A stretch of 64,000 nucleotides of DNA from Basidiobolus meristosporus CBS 931.73 (Eukaryota > Fungi > Basidiobolomycota): the NCBI GenBank assembly GCA_002104905.1, contig MCFE01000182.1:76982-140981 (forward strand), given 5' to 3'. Positions within the stretch are counted from its first letter, which is position 1. Each line of letters starts with the position of its first letter. A program made the translations under genes and the position numbers. The notes under the pieces were generated by a model that ran no database searches, was not told the origin of the DNA, and saw only the letters and a program-made list of their open reading frames with translations. This document shows, one piece after another, positions 60,024 through 64,000 of the stretch.

Positions 60024-60541
60024 AGGAAAGTCACCAAGTGGTGAAATCTTTATTTACTTATGACAAGTATCTAAAGAAGCCAAGTTAATCTGAAGTAATT
60101 CCTAGAAAGCTAGGTCTGAGAGATATCTTCCTGGTAAGCCAGGTCTGAGAGTTGAGAAGCTGAGTGGTACTATATTTCCTAGTTAGCTAGGTCTGAGAGA
60201 GGTTTCCTGGAAAGCCAGGCCTGAGAAGTGAGAATCTGAATATATCTGAGCTAAGTTATACTGGTTTTGCGGTAGCTGAATTGTGGCCGGAATGGCCAGT
60301 AGACTAGGGGAACTGAGATGAATTTCTGGGCGATCACTGGCCAAATTTACTAGGCAAATCTGACCAATTAGCATTTCAAGGATTTCAGCCAATCAGAGCC
60401 TTTACTTTGCCCAATGGTTGATCAAGCCATCTCCCAATGAGCACACATCAATTTATTGATCAAATTTTGCTGGATCCAGGATTTGAACCCACAACCATGG
60501 GTATGGAAGGGTTAGGGATAACCACAAGGCTAAGTGTTCTT
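60024..60541 (-). mobile_element. Full-length tRNA-derived SINE Z (~518 bp)
   Basis: Sense 5' end has A-box TAGCCTTGTGG and B-box GGTTCAAATCC at tRNA spacing; 3' end shares the hairpin with X and Y; same 5' end as 62979-63495. Confidence 0.85.
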
Positions 60542-60553
60542 GGTTAGGGGGGG

Positions 60554-62966
60554 AGACAGTCACCAACAGGTGAAATCTTTATTTCAGTTGAAACAAAGAA
60601 GCCAGCGCTACTGTTGTAGCTTTGATGCAAGAGTGTGTAGCTGAGGGGAATTTGTAGGTAAGTTAATAAGAAGTGATGATAGTTCTTCAGTGCTCAAGAC
60701 ACTGTTCAGTGGGAAGGGGGGTAGCAAGAGAGGTAAGAATGACTTGTGAACAACATTAATGAGGGGAATGTGATAAGGATTGATATTCATCATAAAGGGA
60801 GTGTGCTGCTGCAGATATTGCTGCCAAAGGTCTGTCAAGTACTTCAGGTAGGCCAGCTTGGGTTTTTCTGACTGCAGAATATAGTGAGCAAACTTCTTGA
60901 CTTCAGGATCTCCAAGTATAGTTCTCCAGCAGGAGCCAGGTGATGTGTGGTGTGTTCTCTTCCAGGCCTTAATCAGTGGGTTGTTGCAGTTGTGAAGTCT
61001 GAGGTATAATCTGGTTCTAAGGTAGAGAAGTCTGATCTTATAGGGCATAAACCCAAAAGCACCAAGAATAGCATGTCTGTAGGGGCATTCAGGCAAATGA
61101 GGCACCAAGGAGGTAATGCACCACACTGCAAACTTGTCAAGCTTAGTGCAGTCTCTAGAAGTAAGAGAGAGAAGTGGTAAGCCAAATTCCAGGACAGGGA
61201 AGACAAACTGCTTGAGTAGAAGGAGGCAGCTGGGGGCTGAAGTTGTAGGAGGAGTAACAGCCAGTAGCTTGTGGAGTGCCTGTCTTGCCAGGATAATTCT
61301 CTTCTTCAGGTGTGCTCCAGAGTCTAGTCCAGTAGGAAGGAAAGGAAAGCCAAGATATGTAGCAGAAACCTGAGCAGGTAGAGTGGAGTTCTCCAAGTTG
61401 ATGGGAGAGCCCAAAGGTACTGTCTTTGCAATGGAAAGCTGGAGATTATTCTTCTGCAGATACTAGTAGATGGTCTGGGAGTCTTGTTGCACATTGGAGG
61501 AGGATATTCTGATGTCATCAGCAAAGAGAGTAACCAGGCAGTCAGCTGAGAGTCTTGGGAAATCATTCAAGAAGATGGCAAACAGTATAGGACCAAGCAC
61601 AGAGCCTTGAACCACTCCATTAGGAACTGAGAACACAGCTGATTGCTCACTTGGGTGCAGAATTCTTGCTTGTGGATCCAGAAACAGAGACCTGACAAGG
61701 ATGGTGAGAGAGGTACTGGAGAAGCATTGCAACTTGGACCAAAGCAGATTTCTGTCAACTGAATCAAAGGCCTTAGTAATATCAAACAGAACAGAGGGAT
61801 ACTTGCACTGGAGAGAGTGATCTTGGCTAAGTATGACTGCATATTCCAAGGAGAGGCCAGGAACAAAGCCAAACTGTGCAGGATGAAACTTGAGAGAGTC
61901 AGAGTAGAGCTCCTGAGCAAGCAGAAGCTCAAACACCTTTCTGCAGGTGGGCAGCAGAGATATTGGCCTGTAGGAGCTAGGATCCAGGTGCTTTCCTTTA
62001 CCCTTGTACAGTGGCAGAACATTTGCAAAGGACCATTCCTCAGGAGTAGAAAGCTGGGCTGAGCATTGCTGAAACAGTGGAAGCAGAAGTGCAGACATGG
62101 CTTTGGTACTAGTCTTCAGAAGCTCATAGGAGATTGTGTCCACACCTGGAGCAGTAGAGTTGGGAAGCCTCTTGAGCACATTATGGATTCTCCTTTGATC
62201 AAGTGCAAGTGGGATGGGCAGAGTCTTGAAGTCAGGATGAAAGCCAGGAGTTGAGTACTGCTTTGTAGAGAAGAAGATGTTAGCCAGCTGTTCTGTTGAA
62301 GGTAACTTCCTGGAAGAGGGCCTCATTGCCCTGTAGAGTCTTGATACTGTTCTTGTTATAGAGTTGGAAGATTGCAGAGGCAAAGAACTCATAATATGAT
62401 CCCAGAGCTGAGTATGCAGAGTGTGGTGAATTGCCTTGGAGTGGTGTATTGCTGTCAGGAGGAGTTTCTCTGTTTTTGGGTTAGGGAAGCTCAGGTAGCT
62501 TTGTTGCAGGGCTGAAACAATGGATTCCCATTTTCTTGAGGTAACAGCAGTAGTCTTGCATGGCAGTGAGAGGGAGGCAGACACCAGAATCAGATGCTTC
62601 ACAAAGAGCCAGGCAAAGTTGAGATCATCTGGCAGAGAAAGTAGCAAACTGGCAAGCTTCAAGTAGTTCCCAAAGTCTTTCTTCTGATTCTTGGTAGCTT
62701 TGTGGGTGAGCACAGTAAGTTTTGGCAGCTTCTTCTTCACAACTGGTTGCATAGAAAGGGACCAGGCTGGGTGGTCAGAGGCTCTCAAGGATCCTAGCTC
62801 AGCTCCAGAGAATTGCTTAACTTCATTCACAAAGTAGAGGGCAGCAGCAGAAGGGCAGATCCAGTCAACACATCTTTTCTCAGATTGAGCACCTAGTGCT
62901 AGCAGGTGGCTTTCTCTCAGGAAGTTCAGTAGGAATGTAGACCTTGGCTTCAGTTTTGCAGTCAGA
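60554..62966 (-). mobile_element. Module Y: non-LTR retrotransposon ORF2 (APE C-terminus plus RT), 5'-truncated, one in-frame TAG at 61463-61465
   Basis: VDWI...SDH (APE end); APGVD, YRPISLL, QFGF, DITKAFDSV, QGSVLGP, LFADD, YLG; the two ORF pieces are in the same frame, 48 nt apart. Confidence 0.95.
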
Positions 62967-62978
62967 GGGTTAGGGGGG

Positions 62979-63495
62979 AGGAAAGTCACCAAGTGGTGAA
63001 ATCTTTATTTACTTATGACAAGTATCTAAAGAAGCCAAGTTAATCCGAAGTAATTCCTAGAAAGCTAGGTCTGAGAGATATCTTCCTGGTAAGCCAGGTC
63101 TGAGAGTTGAGAAGCTGAGTGGTACTATATTTCCTAGTTAGCTAGGTCTGAGAGAGGTTTCCTGGAAAGCCAGGCCTGAGAAGTGAGAATCTGAATATAT
63201 CTGAGCTGAGTTATACTGGTTTGCGGAAGCTGAATTGTGGCCAGAATGGCCAGTAGACTGGGGGAACTGAGATGAATTTCTGGGCGATCACTGGCCGAAT
63301 TTACTAGGCAAATCTGGCCAATTAGCATTTCAAGGATTTCAGCCAATCAGAGCCTTTACTTTGCCCGATGGTTGATCAAGCCATCTCCCAATGAGCACAC
63401 ATCAATTTATTAATCAAATTTTGTTGGATCCAGGATTTGAACCCACAACCATGGGTATGGAAGGGTTAGGGATAACCACAAGGCTAAGTGTTCTT
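62979..63495 (-). mobile_element. Full-length SINE Z, second copy
   Basis: Near-identical to 60024-60541. Confidence 0.88.
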
Positions 63496-63529
63496 GGTTA
63501 GGGTTAGGGTTAGGGTCAGGGTTAGGGGG

Positions 63530-63777
63530 AGGAAAGTCACCAAGTGGTGAAATCTTTATTTACTTATGACAAGTATCTAAAGAAGCCAAGTTAATCTGAA
63601 GTTATTCCTAGAAAGCTAGGTCTGAGAGATATCTTCCTGGTAAGCCAGGTCTGAGAGTTGAGAAGCTGAGTGGTACTATATTTCCTAGTTAGCTAGGTCT
63701 GAGAGTGGTTTCCTGGAAAGCCAGGCCTGAGAAGTGAGAATCTGAATATATCTGAGCTAAGTTATACTGGTTTTAGC
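63530..63777 (-). mobile_element. Terminal 5'-truncated SINE Z capped by the telomere
   Basis: 3' half of Z, then ggttagggttaggg... Confidence 0.9.
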
Positions 63778-64000
63778 GGTTAGGGTTAGGGTTAGGGTTA
63801 GGGTTAGGGTTAGGGTTAGGGTTAGGGTTAGGGTTAGGGTTAGGGTTAGGGTTAGGGTTAGGGTTAGGGTTAGGGTTAGGGTTAGGGTTAGGGTTAGGGT
63901 TAGGGTTAGGGTTAGGGTTAGGGTTAGGGTTAGGGTTAGGGTTAGGGTTAGGGTTAGGGTTAGGGTTAGGGTTAGGGTTAGGGTTAGGGTTAGGGTTAGG
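63778..64000 (+). repeat. Telomere (TTAGGG)n, ~37 units to the end of the window
   Basis: Perfect TTAGGG array running to the window end. Confidence 0.99.

Noticed and set aside
60478-60541. Functional tRNA gene
   Set aside because: Acceptor, D and anticodon stems do not pair; it is the 5' head of a repeated element.
61463-62992. Penelope/Athena-type or telomerase-like RT
   Set aside because: Motifs (YRPISLL, QFGF, D..KAFD, QGS.LGP, FADD) and the upstream DWI...SDH are those of APE-class LINEs.
62967-62992. Designed translational fusion: TTG in the Z hairpin is in frame with ORF2 at both Z-Y junctions (62992, 60037)
   Set aside because: Non-ATG start, and two in-frame junctions have a 1-in-9 chance probability; not enough evidence.

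Overview
This window is the right end of a chromosome from an intron-rich fungus with (TTAGGG)n telomeres. It looks like an early-diverging lineage, but the taxon cannot be fixed from sequence alone. (1) 1-18.3 kb is a CpG-depleted transposon graveyard: CACTA-like remnants, nested Ty1/copia copies including one full-length but mutated element with a half-tRNA-iMet PBS, solo LTRs and a MITE. (2) 19-49 kb is a CpG-normal gene block: a KDM5/JARID1-like gene with a degenerate active site, a conserved hypothetical gene, CBF1, a GPI-type cell-wall protein, an alpha-arrestin, COQ3, a derlin-like gene, GPI16, small secreted proteins, four tandem intronless secreted 3D/MltA-like genes, a ZNF706-like gene and a 668-aa Gly-rich repeat protein. 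(3) 50.4-64 kb is a subtelomere built by repeated breakage and healing. A copia element and a kelch-SNF2 gene are each cut off and continued by TTAGGG-primed head-to-tail arrays of retroelements, ending in about 37 telomere repeats. The main discovery is in these arrays, which contain three different modules, all oriented 5'-end toward the telomere: an ORF1-like-only element with 101-bp 5' monomers (X), an APE-RT ORF2 element (Y), and a ~520-bp tRNA-derived SINE (Z). They share little beyond a short 3' signature (UGGCUUCUUU ... AAAUAAAGAUUUCACC-loop-GGUGAC-oligoC) and always join immediately after TTAG plus 4-7 G. This suggests a multi-component, telomere-end-priming retrotransposon system. 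All alignments and counts were done by eye; no searches were run.
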